Assembly (NCBI GenBank): GCA_022564115.1
Contig: JADFMB010000001.1
Span: 2,195-66,194 of the forward strand
Source: Pseudomonadota bacterium
Lineage (GTDB): Bacteria > Pseudomonadota > Alphaproteobacteria > Rhodospirillales > Casp-alpha2
Length of the DNA: 64,000 nt
Direction: 5' to 3'
Shown one piece after another: positions 35,695-45,497 of this stretch; the first letter of the stretch is position 1, and each line of letters starts with the position of its first letter. The notes below the pieces were generated by a model, which made no database searches, was not told where the DNA came from, and saw only the letters and a program-made list of their open reading frames with translations. Both the position numbers and the translations under genes were made by a program.

Positions 35695-36711
35695 ATGAAC
35701 CTTTTCGGCAAGGATCTCGACCGCGACATCCCGATTATCGCTGAAATCGGCGTCAACCACGAAGGCGATCTCGAGACCGCCATCACCTTGATGCGCCTGG
35801 CCCGCGACGCCGGGGCCGATGCCGCCAAATTCCAAACCTTCACGCCGGAACGCTATGCCTCGGCGTCCGATCCCGACCGGCTGCAACGGGTGCGGGGTTT
35901 CGATTTGGGCGAGGACGGCTTTCGCCGCATCGCCGAGGAAGCGGAAAAAGACGGGTTCCCGGTTTTTTCGACTGCGGTTTCCGAAGACGTGGTGCCGTTC
36001 CTGGCTGGACTGTTCCCGGTCCTCAAGATCGCCAGTGGCGACATCGATTTCGAGCCGGTGATCCGGGCAGCGGCGGAAACCGGCAAACCGGTGATCCTAT
36101 CGACCGGCCTGGCGACGGAGGAAGAAGTCGATGCCGCCGTCGGCTGGTTTCGGGATGGGGCGGGGACCGAGGACATCCGCGACCGTTTGGTGCTGATGCA
36201 CTGCGTTTCCGCCTATCCGACCCCGATCAAGGAAGCCAACGTGATGAGCATCCCCTATCTGTCCGAACGGACGGGCCTGAGAATCGGCTATTCCAACCAC
36301 ATCATCGGACCCGAGGCCTGCCTGGCCGCCGTGGCGTTGGGGGCTTGCGCGATCGAAATCCACTTCACCGACCGCAAGGAAGGTCGGGAATTCCGCGATC
36401 ATGCGCTATCGTGTGACGCCGACGACCTGGCCCGCCTGGTCGAGACGGTGCCCCGAATCCGCGCCAGCCTGGGCCGGCGGGAAAAGCAGCGCCAACCCAG
36501 CGAGATGGAGAACCTGATCGCCGTCCGCAAGGGCGTGGTGGCGGCCCGCGACCTCGAAGCCGGGGCGGTATTATCAAGAGACGACCTGATGTTCGCCCGC
36601 CCGGCAAGCGAATATCCGGCCTCTGAAATCGACAGCCTTCCCGGCGCCCGCCTGAAAGCGGCGGTCGGCAAAGGGGAACTCATTCGCCGCGACAACGTGG
36701 ATTTTGGGTAA
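35695..36711 (+). CDS. N-acetylneuraminate synthase family enzyme (NeuB/PseI/LegI-type nonulosonic acid synthase)
   Basis: - N-terminal motifs PIIAEIGVNHEGD and AKFQTF.
- Core motifs KIASGD and MHCVSAYP.
- C-terminal SAF-like domain (AVRKGVVAARDLEAGAVLSRDDL).
- ATG 35695 chosen over the TTG at 35644. Confidence 0.85.
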   Translation: MNLFGKDLDRDIPIIAEIGVNHEGDLETAITLMRLARDAGADAAKFQTFTPERYASASDPDRLQRVRGFDLGEDGFRRIAEEAEKDGFPVFSTAVSEDVVPFLAGLFPVLKIASGDIDFEPVIRAAAETGKPVILSTGLATEEEVDAAVGWFRDGAGTEDIRDRLVLMHCVSAYPTPIKEANVMSIPYLSERTGLRIGYSNHIIGPEACLAAVALGACAIEIHFTDRKEGREFRDHALSCDADDLARLVETVPRIRASLGRREKQRQPSEMENLIAVRKGVVAARDLEAGAVLSRDDLMFARPASEYPASEIDSLPGARLKAAVGKGELIRRDNVDFG

Positions 36712-36716
36712 ACCCT

Positions 36717-38579
36717 ATGTGCGGAATCGCGGGCGTCATCGGCCCCGAGCCCCCTTCTCCCCATCACATCAAGGCCGCGTTGCAGGCTCTGGGACGCCGG
36801 GGTCCCGACGCCGATGGCACCGGCGAATACGCCGTCGGCGGCGCCAACGTCACCCTGATCCACACCCGGCTTTCGATCATCGACCTCGACCCCCGGGCCA
36901 ATCAGCCCTTCGAGCAGGACGGGTTGGTGCTCTGCTACAACGGCGAGCTTTACAATTACCTGGAACTTCGCCGGGAGCTGGAAGCCCTGGGCCATGCCTT
37001 CGCTACCCAGTCCGATACCGAGGTGCTGCTTCACGCCTACCGGGAATGGGGCTCCGGCTGCCTGGACAGGTTCGAGGGCATGTGGGCCTTCGCGTTGCTG
37101 GATTCGGCCAATGGCACCCTGGTCCTGAGCCGCGACCGGTTCGGCGAAAAGCCGTTGTATACCTGGAAACGGGGCCAATTCCTTTATTTCGCCTCGGAGG
37201 TCAAGGCATTGGCGGCGCTCTCCGGCGGCAAGCCCGCCGTCAATACGGACCAAGTTCTCCGCTACTTGGTCAACGGCTACAAATGCCTGCACAAGCAGCC
37301 CCGGACGTTCTTCGAGGAGATCCGGGAATTCCCCGCCGCTTCGGTGGCCGAACTGCCGCTCGTCGGCGCTGAAGCGCCGGAGCCGAAGCCCGAGCCCTAT
37401 TGGACCCTGGGCCGGGACGCCTTGGACATGACGGCCGAAGACGCCCTGCAAGGCGCCCGCGAGCGGCTGTTCAAATCCGTTGAATTGCGGCTTCGCGCCG
37501 ACGTACCGCTGGCCTTCTGCCTTTCCGGCGGCGTCGATTCGGCGACCCTGGCGGCCATCGCGGCCAGACATTTCGGCCATGAAATCCATTGTTTCTCCAT
37601 CATCGACGCCGACGAACGCTACGACGAACGCGAAAACATCGGCGTCATGGTCGATTGGCTCGGTTGCGAACACCATGCCGTGCACACCACGAGCGAGGGT
37701 TTTTTCCCCCGCCTGCGGGAACTGGTCGCCTACCACGACGCCCCGGTGGCCACCATCAGCTACTACGTCCATTCGTTCCTGTCCGAAGCTATCGGCGAAA
37801 AGGGCTACAAGGTGGCGGTTTCCGGGACCGGGGCGGATGAATTGTTCACCGGTTACTACGACCACTATTCCATGTGGCTGGCGGCGATGTCGCGCCTTGC
37901 CGAAGACGACCCCGGCATCGATTTCGAAGCCCTGATGGCCGACTGGCGGCGGGGATTCGGCAAATACGTGCGGAACCCGCTGCTTCAGGACCCGTTGACG
38001 TTCGCCAGCGACCCCGCTCAGCGCGGCCACATCCTGCTCGATCAGGAATTCTTCGAAGGCTTCCTCCTGCACCCTTTCCATGAGGATTTCGCCGAAGAGG
38101 ACTACGCCGGCGAACTGCTCCGCAATCGGATGCTGAACGAGCTTTTCCACGAGGTCGTGCCGGTGATCCTCGAAGAGGACGACCGCAATTCCATGTTCCA
38201 TTCGGTCGAGAACCGGTCCCCTTACCTGGACCGGCACCTGGCGGAGTTCCTGAACCAGGTGCCGAGCCGGCACCTGATCGGCGGCGGCTTCGCCAAGTGG
38301 CTGTTGCGCCAGGCCGGCGACGGGCTGGTCCCCGATTCCGTCAGGCTTGACAAACGCAAGCGCGGTTTCAATGCTTCGGTGGATTCCCTGATCGACCGCC
38401 AAGACCCGGAAACCCGGGACATTCTCTTGGCCGACAGCCCCATTTTCGATCTCGTCAGCCGCCAGCGGATGGCGGCGTTTTTGGACGAGGACATGACTTC
38501 CAACAGCTTTTCCAAGTTCCTGTTCAGCTTCGTATCCGCCAAGACGTTCCTGGAGCATCACCGGGACTGGCGGCCATGA
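36717..38579 (+). CDS. Asparagine synthase (glutamine-hydrolysing) family amidotransferase
   Basis: An Ntn nucleophile (MCGIAG) is followed by the PP-loop SGGVDS in the synthetase domain; 620 aa. Confidence 0.85.
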   Translation: MCGIAGVIGPEPPSPHHIKAALQALGRRGPDADGTGEYAVGGANVTLIHTRLSIIDLDPRANQPFEQDGLVLCYNGELYNYLELRRELEALGHAFATQSDTEVLLHAYREWGSGCLDRFEGMWAFALLDSANGTLVLSRDRFGEKPLYTWKRGQFLYFASEVKALAALSGGKPAVNTDQVLRYLVNGYKCLHKQPRTFFEEIREFPAASVAELPLVGAEAPEPKPEPYWTLGRDALDMTAEDALQGARERLFKSVELRLRADVPLAFCLSGGVDSATLAAIAARHFGHEIHCFSIIDADERYDERENIGVMVDWLGCEHHAVHTTSEGFFPRLRELVAYHDAPVATISYYVHSFLSEAIGEKGYKVAVSGTGADELFTGYYDHYSMWLAAMSRLAEDDPGIDFEALMADWRRGFGKYVRNPLLQDPLTFASDPAQRGHILLDQEFFEGFLLHPFHEDFAEEDYAGELLRNRMLNELFHEVVPVILEEDDRNSMFHSVENRSPYLDRHLAEFLNQVPSRHLIGGGFAKWLLRQAGDGLVPDSVRLDKRKRGFNASVDSLIDRQDPETRDILLADSPIFDLVSRQRMAAFLDEDMTSNSFSKFLFSFVSAKTFLEHHRDWRP

Positions 38580-39313
38580 GCAAATCGGATTCCCAAACCG
38601 CCGCCATTATTCAGGCCCGCCATTCCTCGACCCGGCTGCCGGGCAAGGTGATGATGCCGCTGGCCGGGGTGCCGGTGCTGACCCATATCGTCGAGCGGGC
38701 GAAGCGGATCGAAGGCATCGACGCCGTTTGCGTCGCCGTCCCCGACGGCCCCGGACAGGAGCCATTGGTGGCGCTGGCCGAAGACCTGGTCCGGGAATCC
38801 GACACCGTGCATCTTTCTTTCGGCCCCGAGGAAGACCTGGTCAGGCGCTATGCCATCGCCGTCCAACAACTGGCCGCCGACACCGTGATGCAGCTTTGGG
38901 GCGACTGCCCGCTGATCGACCCCGCCGTGGCCGGCGCGCTTCTGGCCGCCTACCGCCGGGCCGGCGTCTCTTTTGCCACCATCCCCGACGACAGCGGCTA
39001 CCCCGAAGGGGTCGAGGCCCATGTCATGTCGGCCGAGGCGATCCTGACCGCCGATCGTGAAGCCACCGACCCGGAGGAACGCGAGGCCTTCCACCTTTTT
39101 TTCAGCCGCCGTCCGGAGCGCTTTCCGTCCATTCACCTCAACCGGAAACCGAACCGGCACGCGCTCAAGGTCCTTCTCGATACCGAAGACGATTACCAGC
39201 GTTTGAGCCAAATCTTCGATGCCCTTTACCCCCGGAATCCCGTCTTCGGAATCGGCGAGATCGAAGCCCTGGCCGAGGAAAGGCCCGAGCTTTTCAAAGG
39301 CAACGCCCCATGA
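38576..39313 (+). CDS. SpsF-like cytidylyltransferase family protein (copy 1 of 3)
   Basis: AIIQARHSSTRLPGKVMMPLAGVPVL. It aligns with the paralogs at 47303 and 49307, and its start overlaps the previous stop (ATGA). Confidence 0.7.
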   Translation: MSKSDSQTAAIIQARHSSTRLPGKVMMPLAGVPVLTHIVERAKRIEGIDAVCVAVPDGPGQEPLVALAEDLVRESDTVHLSFGPEEDLVRRYAIAVQQLAADTVMQLWGDCPLIDPAVAGALLAAYRRAGVSFATIPDDSGYPEGVEAHVMSAEAILTADREATDPEEREAFHLFFSRRPERFPSIHLNRKPNRHALKVLLDTEDDYQRLSQIFDALYPRNPVFGIGEIEALAEERPELFKGNAP

Positions 39314-39384
39314 GGCCGAGATGTCCGAAACCCGCTTAAGGGCTTTCCTTTCCAGCCCCGTTTCCGCCAAGATGGTCGGCGACC

Positions 39385-40404
39385 ATGACGGATAAGGAAA
39401 ACAAACTGGGGGTCGGGGTCATCGGCCTCGGGGTCGGCGAGCAGCACGCTCTTGCCTACGCCGGGCATGACGGCTGTGACCTGCGTTGGCTTTTCGATAT
39501 TTCCGAGGACCAGGCCCGGGCCGTCCAGGGCCGCGTCGGCATGGGCGGCATCGCCGAAAGCTTCGAGCAAATCCTCGGCGACGAGGAAACCGGGCTGGTT
39601 TCGATCGCTTCCTTCGACCACCTGCACTTCGAGGAAGTCAAGGCCGCCTTCGGGGCCGGCAAGAACGTCTTCGTCGAAAAGCCGCTGTGCCGGACCAACG
39701 AAGAGCTCTCCACCCTAAAGCAAGCCTGGGAAAGCGCCGGAAAGCCCTATCTGCAGTCGAACCTGGTGCTCCGCCAGGCGCCCGTCTACCGGTGGCTGAA
39801 ACAAGCCCTGACCGACGGCCGGTTGGGAACGGTCTACGCCTTCGATGGCGATTACCTTTACGGCCGCCTGGAGAAAATCACCGAAGGCTGGCGCAAGGAC
39901 GTGCCAGATTATTCGGTGATGGAAGGCGGCGGCGTGCACCTGATCGACCTGATGCTGTGGTTTCTCGGCCAACGGCCCACACGGGTCACCACCCACGGAA
40001 ACCGCCTCTGCACCAAGGGTACGGATTTCCGCTATAACGACTTCATGGCCTCGACCTTCGAGTTTCCGTCCGGCGCCATCGGACGGATTACCGCCAATTT
40101 CGGCTGCATGCACCGTCACCACCATGTGATCCGGGTGTTCGGGACTGGGGCGACGTTCATCCATGACGACCAGGGCCCGCGCCTCCATGAAACCCGGAAT
40201 GAGGACTCGGCGGCGGAAATGCTGGACCTCGAAACCCTGCCGGCCCACAAGGGGGTCTTGATCCCGGATTTCGTCGATAACATCCTCAACGGCGGCGATG
40301 CGGAAACCCCGGCGAAGCGCGAGTTCGACCTCATTTCCGTTATCGCCGCCGCCGACGAAGCCCTGGGCGCCGCCGGCCCGGTCGAGATCGGATACGTGAC
40401 ATGA
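39385..40404 (+). CDS. Gfo/Idh/MocA family NAD(P)-dependent oxidoreductase (copy 1)
   Basis: N-terminal Rossmann motif (GVGVIGLGVGEQH) and EKPL motif (VFVEKPLC). Confidence 0.8.
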   Translation: MTDKENKLGVGVIGLGVGEQHALAYAGHDGCDLRWLFDISEDQARAVQGRVGMGGIAESFEQILGDEETGLVSIASFDHLHFEEVKAAFGAGKNVFVEKPLCRTNEELSTLKQAWESAGKPYLQSNLVLRQAPVYRWLKQALTDGRLGTVYAFDGDYLYGRLEKITEGWRKDVPDYSVMEGGGVHLIDLMLWFLGQRPTRVTTHGNRLCTKGTDFRYNDFMASTFEFPSGAIGRITANFGCMHRHHHVIRVFGTGATFIHDDQGPRLHETRNEDSAAEMLDLETLPAHKGVLIPDFVDNILNGGDAETPAKREFDLISVIAAADEALGAAGPVEIGYVT

Positions 40405-41603
40405 AGAAACTGGATATTCCTTTCGGGCGGCCCTGGATCGCCAACGAAGACCGCAAGGCGGTGATGGACGTGCTGAAAGGACACATCCTGACCCACGGCC
40501 CCAACTGCACGGCCTTCGAGGACGAGTTCGTGGCCATGATGGGCGGCGGCTCCGCCGCCTCGACCTCGTCGTGCATGGCGGCGCTGCACCTGTCATACCT
40601 GCATTTCGAACTCGGCCCCGGCGACGAGGTGATCGTCCCGGCGATGACCCACGTTGCCACCGTGCACGCGGTCGCCTTGACCGGGGCGACGCCGGTGTTC
40701 GTGGACTGCGAACTGCAATCGGGCAACATGGACTTGAACCGCATCGAAGACGCCGTCACGCCGCGCACCCGGGCCCTGTCGGTGGTCCATTTCTGCGGCA
40801 TTCCGTGCGCCATGCCGGATGTGATGCGCATCGCCGACCGTTATGGCCTTCGGGTGATCGAGGACTGCGCCCTTGCCGTCGGCGCGCGGTACGACGACCG
40901 CCACGTCGGGCTGTTTGGCCATACGGGCTGTTATTCGTTCTATCCGGTCAAGCACATCACCACCGGCGAAGGCGGCATGCTGGTTTCCCAATACGAAGAC
41001 GTTGTCGGGGCGATCTCGCGTTTTCGCGCCTTCAACGTCGACCGCTCGCACACGGAACGCACCATCCCCGGCATCTACGACGTCACCGGGGTCGGCATGA
41101 ACTACCGGATGAGTGAGATGCAGGCCGCCCTCGGCCGCACCCAGATCAAGAAAATCCCGGAAATCGCCAAGCGCCGGTCGAAGAATTTCAGGGCCCTGAA
41201 GGAAGGAATGTTGGCCATCGAAGGCGTTTCGGTCCTCGACGCCGCCGACGACCGGGCGCTTAACAGCCATTACTGCCTGATTGCCGTCCTGTCCGGCGAT
41301 TTGGCCCGGCGCCGTGATGATATGGTGCGTGCCTTGAACGAACGCGGCGTCGGTACCAGCATCTATTATCCCCATCCGGTGCCCCGGTTGAGCCATTACC
41401 GGACCAAATACGGGTACGACTCCGCCCTTTATCCAAGCGCCGAGACCATCAGCGACCGTTCCATCGCGCTGCCGGTGGGGCCGCATCTGACGACAAGGGA
41501 CATGGCCGATATGGCCAAGGCGTTTTCCGCCGCCGTCAGCGGCAAGACCAGGAAACCAGCCCAAAAAGCGCCTGGAAAAAAGCCCAGGGCGAGGAAAAAA
41601 TAA
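40401..41603 (+). CDS. DegT/DnrJ/EryC1/StrS family PLP-dependent sugar aminotransferase (copy 1) with Lys-rich C-terminal tail
   Basis: FEDEFVAMMG ... SFYPVKHITTGEGGMLV contains the PLP lysine context. The tail reads GKTRKPAQKAPGKKPRARKK. Confidence 0.85.
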   Translation: MKKLDIPFGRPWIANEDRKAVMDVLKGHILTHGPNCTAFEDEFVAMMGGGSAASTSSCMAALHLSYLHFELGPGDEVIVPAMTHVATVHAVALTGATPVFVDCELQSGNMDLNRIEDAVTPRTRALSVVHFCGIPCAMPDVMRIADRYGLRVIEDCALAVGARYDDRHVGLFGHTGCYSFYPVKHITTGEGGMLVSQYEDVVGAISRFRAFNVDRSHTERTIPGIYDVTGVGMNYRMSEMQAALGRTQIKKIPEIAKRRSKNFRALKEGMLAIEGVSVLDAADDRALNSHYCLIAVLSGDLARRRDDMVRALNERGVGTSIYYPHPVPRLSHYRTKYGYDSALYPSAETISDRSIALPVGPHLTTRDMADMAKAFSAAVSGKTRKPAQKAPGKKPRARKK

Positions 41604-41852
41604 GGGTTTCGGGCGCCAATCCCTCTTTCGTTAACCAAAACCGCCCGATTAGGCCACCAACCGGGATCGAGAATCCCAATCCCTAAACCGTTTTCGAAAC
41701 ATCCTGTTAACGAATCGCCGCTTTAATAGGGTTAATGAATCGACCCCCAGAGGATCCAGAGGATATAGTGATCGAGGTTCAGCCTGGAAAACCGGACATC
41801 AAGGTCACCGTCCAGAACGTGACGGCTCGATTCACAGAATGAGGAGTGCGTC

Positions 41853-42935
41853 ATGCCAAGACCTTTAACCCCCGACAAGATCAAGAAAATCCTGTCCGGC
41901 GAACGCGTGGCGCTGGTCGGCGGCGCCGGGTTTATCGGCCACAACCTTGCCATCGGATTACGCAAGTTCGGCGTCGAGGTCCTGGTCGCCGACAACCTGA
42001 TGCAGAACAACATGGTCGATAACCTTTCGCAGAAGGAAATCGATCCTTTCCGCCGTGAGCTGAACTATGGATTCCTGACCCAGCGTTTCGAGTTGATGCG
42101 CGACGCCGGCGTTCTCCTGCGCAACGCCGATGCGCGCTCCATGACCGACCTGCCGGAGGTCCTGCACGAGTTCGAACCGACCAAGATCGTCCACCTTTCC
42201 GCCATCTCCAGCGCCGTCGAAGCCAAGAAGGTGCCCGGGCTCTGTTTCGACCTGCAATTGATTACCCTGCGCAATGTCCTGGAATACACGCGGCTGTTCC
42301 CGGAACGGATCGATCAGGTGGTGTTTCTGAGTTCGTCGACCGTTTACGGCGATTTCAATGGACCGACGGTCGACGAAAGCGTGCGTCCCCGGCCCTATGG
42401 CATTTACGCCAACGCCAAGTTCATGGGCGAACGGCTGGTCCGCACCTACAGCGACCAATACGGCCTCGGCGTCACCGTCATCCGGCCGAGCGCCCTTTAC
42501 GGCGAACGTTGCGTATCGCGGCGCGTCAGCCAGGCGTTCATCGAAAACGCCCTGATGGGAAAGCCGCTGTTGTTGGAAGGCGGCGGCGACGGGCGGTTGG
42601 ACTTCACCTACATCGACGACCTGGTGGACGGCATCATCCGTTCCATGGCCGCCCACGAGGGACCGGGGACCACCGAAACGTTCAATATCACCTACGGCAA
42701 CGCGCGCACCATCGCCGAATTGGCCGCTATCGTGAAATCCGTCGTCCCCGACGCCATCCTCGAGGAACGCCAGAGGGACAAAATCAAGCCCATTCGCGGC
42801 ACCCTTTCGACCAAGCGGGCCGAGGAAATCCTGGACTTCAAGCCCCAATGGCCGCTGGAAACCGGTTACAAGCGTTATTGCGAATGGTACGTGGATCAGT
42901 GGGAGCGGACGCAACGCCGTTTGGAAGCCAACTGA
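41853..42935 (+). CDS. NAD-dependent epimerase/dehydratase (extended SDR)
   Basis: Cofactor motif VGGAGFIGHNL and catalytic YANAK; 360 aa. Confidence 0.8.
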   Translation: MPRPLTPDKIKKILSGERVALVGGAGFIGHNLAIGLRKFGVEVLVADNLMQNNMVDNLSQKEIDPFRRELNYGFLTQRFELMRDAGVLLRNADARSMTDLPEVLHEFEPTKIVHLSAISSAVEAKKVPGLCFDLQLITLRNVLEYTRLFPERIDQVVFLSSSTVYGDFNGPTVDESVRPRPYGIYANAKFMGERLVRTYSDQYGLGVTVIRPSALYGERCVSRRVSQAFIENALMGKPLLLEGGGDGRLDFTYIDDLVDGIIRSMAAHEGPGTTETFNITYGNARTIAELAAIVKSVVPDAILEERQRDKIKPIRGTLSTKRAEEILDFKPQWPLETGYKRYCEWYVDQWERTQRRLEAN

Positions 42936-42970
42936 TATCCCTCCGTCACTTGTCCTAACGGTAATCACCG

Positions 42971-43585
42971 ATGATCGGCATTATTGATTACGGATTGGGC
43001 AACCTGACCTCGGTGGCCGGCGCCGTCGAAAAGGTCGGGTTCGAGCCTAAAATCTCCGGCGAAGCGGCCGTCCTCGGCGATTGCGGCAAGCTGATCCTGC
43101 CCGGGGTCGGCGCCTTCGGCGACGGCATGCGCAACCTCCGCCAACGAAACCTGGTGGAACCCCTGACCGAATTGGTGATGAAGGCCGGCAAACCGATCCT
43201 GGGCATCTGCCTGGGCTTTCAGTTGTTGGCCAAAAAAAGCGAGGAATTCGGCGATCACGAAGGGTTGGGATGGATCGACGCCAAGGTCACCGGGCTCAAG
43301 CCAGACGACAAGACACTGCGCATTCCCCATGTCGGCTGGAACGAGCTTTACCAGTCCGCCGACAGCATCCTGTTCGACGACGTCCCCGACGAAAGCCTGT
43401 TCTATTACGTCCATACCTACAAAATGGAACCGGCGGACCCTTCCATCCGCATCGGCGAATGCGATTACGGGGGGCGTTTCACCGCCGCCGTTCAAAGCGG
43501 CTCCGTTTTCGGCACCCAGTTCCACCCCGAAAAAAGCCAGCGTTACGGCCTGACCCTGCTTCGCAATTTCCTGGAAAAAAGCTGA
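42971..43585 (+). CDS. HisH-like glutamine amidotransferase subunit (WbuY-type)
   Basis: MIGIIDYGLGNL, GICLGFQLL (catalytic Cys) and HVGWN...FHPEKS. Confidence 0.85.
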   Translation: MIGIIDYGLGNLTSVAGAVEKVGFEPKISGEAAVLGDCGKLILPGVGAFGDGMRNLRQRNLVEPLTELVMKAGKPILGICLGFQLLAKKSEEFGDHEGLGWIDAKVTGLKPDDKTLRIPHVGWNELYQSADSILFDDVPDESLFYYVHTYKMEPADPSIRIGECDYGGRFTAAVQSGSVFGTQFHPEKSQRYGLTLLRNFLEKS

Positions 43586-43593
43586 GCCCGCCG

Positions 43594-44337
43594 ATGCTGA
43601 GACACCGCCTGATCACGGTCCTGACCTTCAACGACGGCACCCTTTTCCGGACCAAGCTGTTCGAGCCCGATTACCGTTATACCCACAATTTCGTCGACTC
43701 CTGGCTGGTCGACGAGATCGTGATGCTCGACGTGACCCGGAAAGAAGGCGACAACCGGGCGTTCCTCGACGTGGTGACGCAGTTCGCCCATGACTGTTTC
43801 GTGCCGCTCGCCGTCGGCGGCGGCATCCGAACCCTTGACGACGTCAGGAAATTCATGACCGTCGGCGGCGACAAGGTGGTGGTCAATTCCGGCGCCGTCG
43901 AACGCCCGCGACTGATTTCCGAAATCGCCGAAGCCTACGGTACTCAATGCGTGGTGTTGTCCATCGATGCCAGGCAAACCGACGGCGGCGGCTATGAGGT
44001 GTATTCGGCCTGCGGGCGCAACGCCACCGGCATGGACCCGGCCGACTGGGCGAAACAGGGCGAAGACCGGGGTGCCGGGGAAATCATGATCACCTCCATC
44101 GAACGGGACGGCTCTCTCCAGGGTTATGACCTGGACCTTTGCCGCCGGGTTGCCGACGCGGTATCGGTGCCGGTGCTGGTCTTGGGCGGCGCCGGGTCCT
44201 GGAAGCACTTCGTCGAAGGCGTCGAAGAAGGCGGCGCGTCCGCCGTCTGCACCCAAAACATCTATCACTTCACCGAGAACAGCATCCTAAGCGCCAAGAA
44301 ATTCCTTGCTGAGCGCGGTGTCCCGGTGAGGTTATAA
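43594..44337 (+). CDS. HisF-like cyclase subunit (WbuZ-type)
   Basis: MLRHRLITVLTFNDG..., PLAVGGGIRTLDD and ITSIERDGSLQGYDL. The start is placed at ATG 43594 within a longer ORF-track frame. Confidence 0.85.
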   Translation: MLRHRLITVLTFNDGTLFRTKLFEPDYRYTHNFVDSWLVDEIVMLDVTRKEGDNRAFLDVVTQFAHDCFVPLAVGGGIRTLDDVRKFMTVGGDKVVVNSGAVERPRLISEIAEAYGTQCVVLSIDARQTDGGGYEVYSACGRNATGMDPADWAKQGEDRGAGEIMITSIERDGSLQGYDLDLCRRVADAVSVPVLVLGGAGSWKHFVEGVEEGGASAVCTQNIYHFTENSILSAKKFLAERGVPVRL

Positions 44338-44362
44338 TCTAGGTCATGAACGGAAAGCCCGA

Positions 44363-45478
44363 TTGACCATGGTCAGATACTGCAAGACGTGCCTGATGCC
44401 GGACACCCGGCCCCGCATCGAATTCGACGACGGGGGCATCTGCAATGCGTGCCACACGGCGGAGCGGAAAAAGGAAATCGACTGGGACTCCCGGCGCCGG
44501 GAGTTCCTGGACCTGGTCGAGAAACACCGCGCCGCCGAAGGCCCCTATGATTGCGTCGTGCCGTGGTCCGGCGGCAAGGATTCGAGCACCATCGCCCACC
44601 GGCTGAAGTTCGAATTCGGGCTTAATCCGCTGTTGGTGACGTTTTCGCCGCTGATGCCCGACGAGGTCGCGGGGCATAACCGCGAGGCGCTGATCAGTGA
44701 AGGATTCGATCACCTGATGGTGCGCGCCAATCAAAAGGTCAGCCGCCGGCTGTCAAAGCGGTTCTTCATCGAACGCGGCGATCCCAAGATTCATTGGAAC
44801 GCCGGCATCAATTCGGTGCCGGTCCGGGCCGCGGTCAATTACAACATCCCGCTGATCTTCTACGCCGAACACGGCGAAAGCGAATACGGCGGGCGCACCC
44901 TTTCCGAGGACCACATGAAAATGCGGGACTTCGCCGAAGTCCTGGAGCACCAGATCGGCGACGACCCGGTGAACTGGATGGACGGCGAGATCGAGGAAAA
45001 GGACCTGGCGCCCTACGTCTACCCCAACCAGGACGAGATCGAGGCGGTCGGCGTCAAGGCGCTGTATTTCGGCTATTTCTTTCGCTGGTCGATGCTGGAC
45101 AACTGGAACTACATCAAGGACAAGATCGATTTCAGGACCGAGCCCAACGGGCGCACCGACGGCACGTTTACTGATTTCGATAGCTTGGACGACAAGATCG
45201 ACAACCTCTATTATCACATGCAATTCATCAAGTTCGGGTTCGGGCGCTGCATACGCGACACCTGCCGGATGATCCAGAACGGACAGATGACCCGGGTTGA
45301 AGGGCTGGAGCTGGTGCGCAAATACGACGACGAGTTCCCCAAGAGCCACCACCAAGAACACCTGGAATACCTCGACCTCGGCGAGGCCGAGTTTTCCGAA
45401 ACCATCGACAAGCACCGCGATCCCCAGATTTGGGAGCGCCAAGGCAACCAGTGGGTGTTGAGGCACCCGCCGGAATGA
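44363..45478 (+). CDS. N-acetyl sugar amidotransferase (PP-loop, WbuX/WbpG-type)
   Basis: N-terminal zinc ribbon (CKTCLMPDTRP...CNAC) and PP-loop VPWSGGKDS. It follows the hisH/hisF-like pair. Confidence 0.8.
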   Translation: MTMVRYCKTCLMPDTRPRIEFDDGGICNACHTAERKKEIDWDSRRREFLDLVEKHRAAEGPYDCVVPWSGGKDSSTIAHRLKFEFGLNPLLVTFSPLMPDEVAGHNREALISEGFDHLMVRANQKVSRRLSKRFFIERGDPKIHWNAGINSVPVRAAVNYNIPLIFYAEHGESEYGGRTLSEDHMKMRDFAEVLEHQIGDDPVNWMDGEIEEKDLAPYVYPNQDEIEAVGVKALYFGYFFRWSMLDNWNYIKDKIDFRTEPNGRTDGTFTDFDSLDDKIDNLYYHMQFIKFGFGRCIRDTCRMIQNGQMTRVEGLELVRKYDDEFPKSHHQEHLEYLDLGEAEFSETIDKHRDPQIWERQGNQWVLRHPPE

Positions 45479-45497
45479 CCGGGGGCATCCGCCAGCC

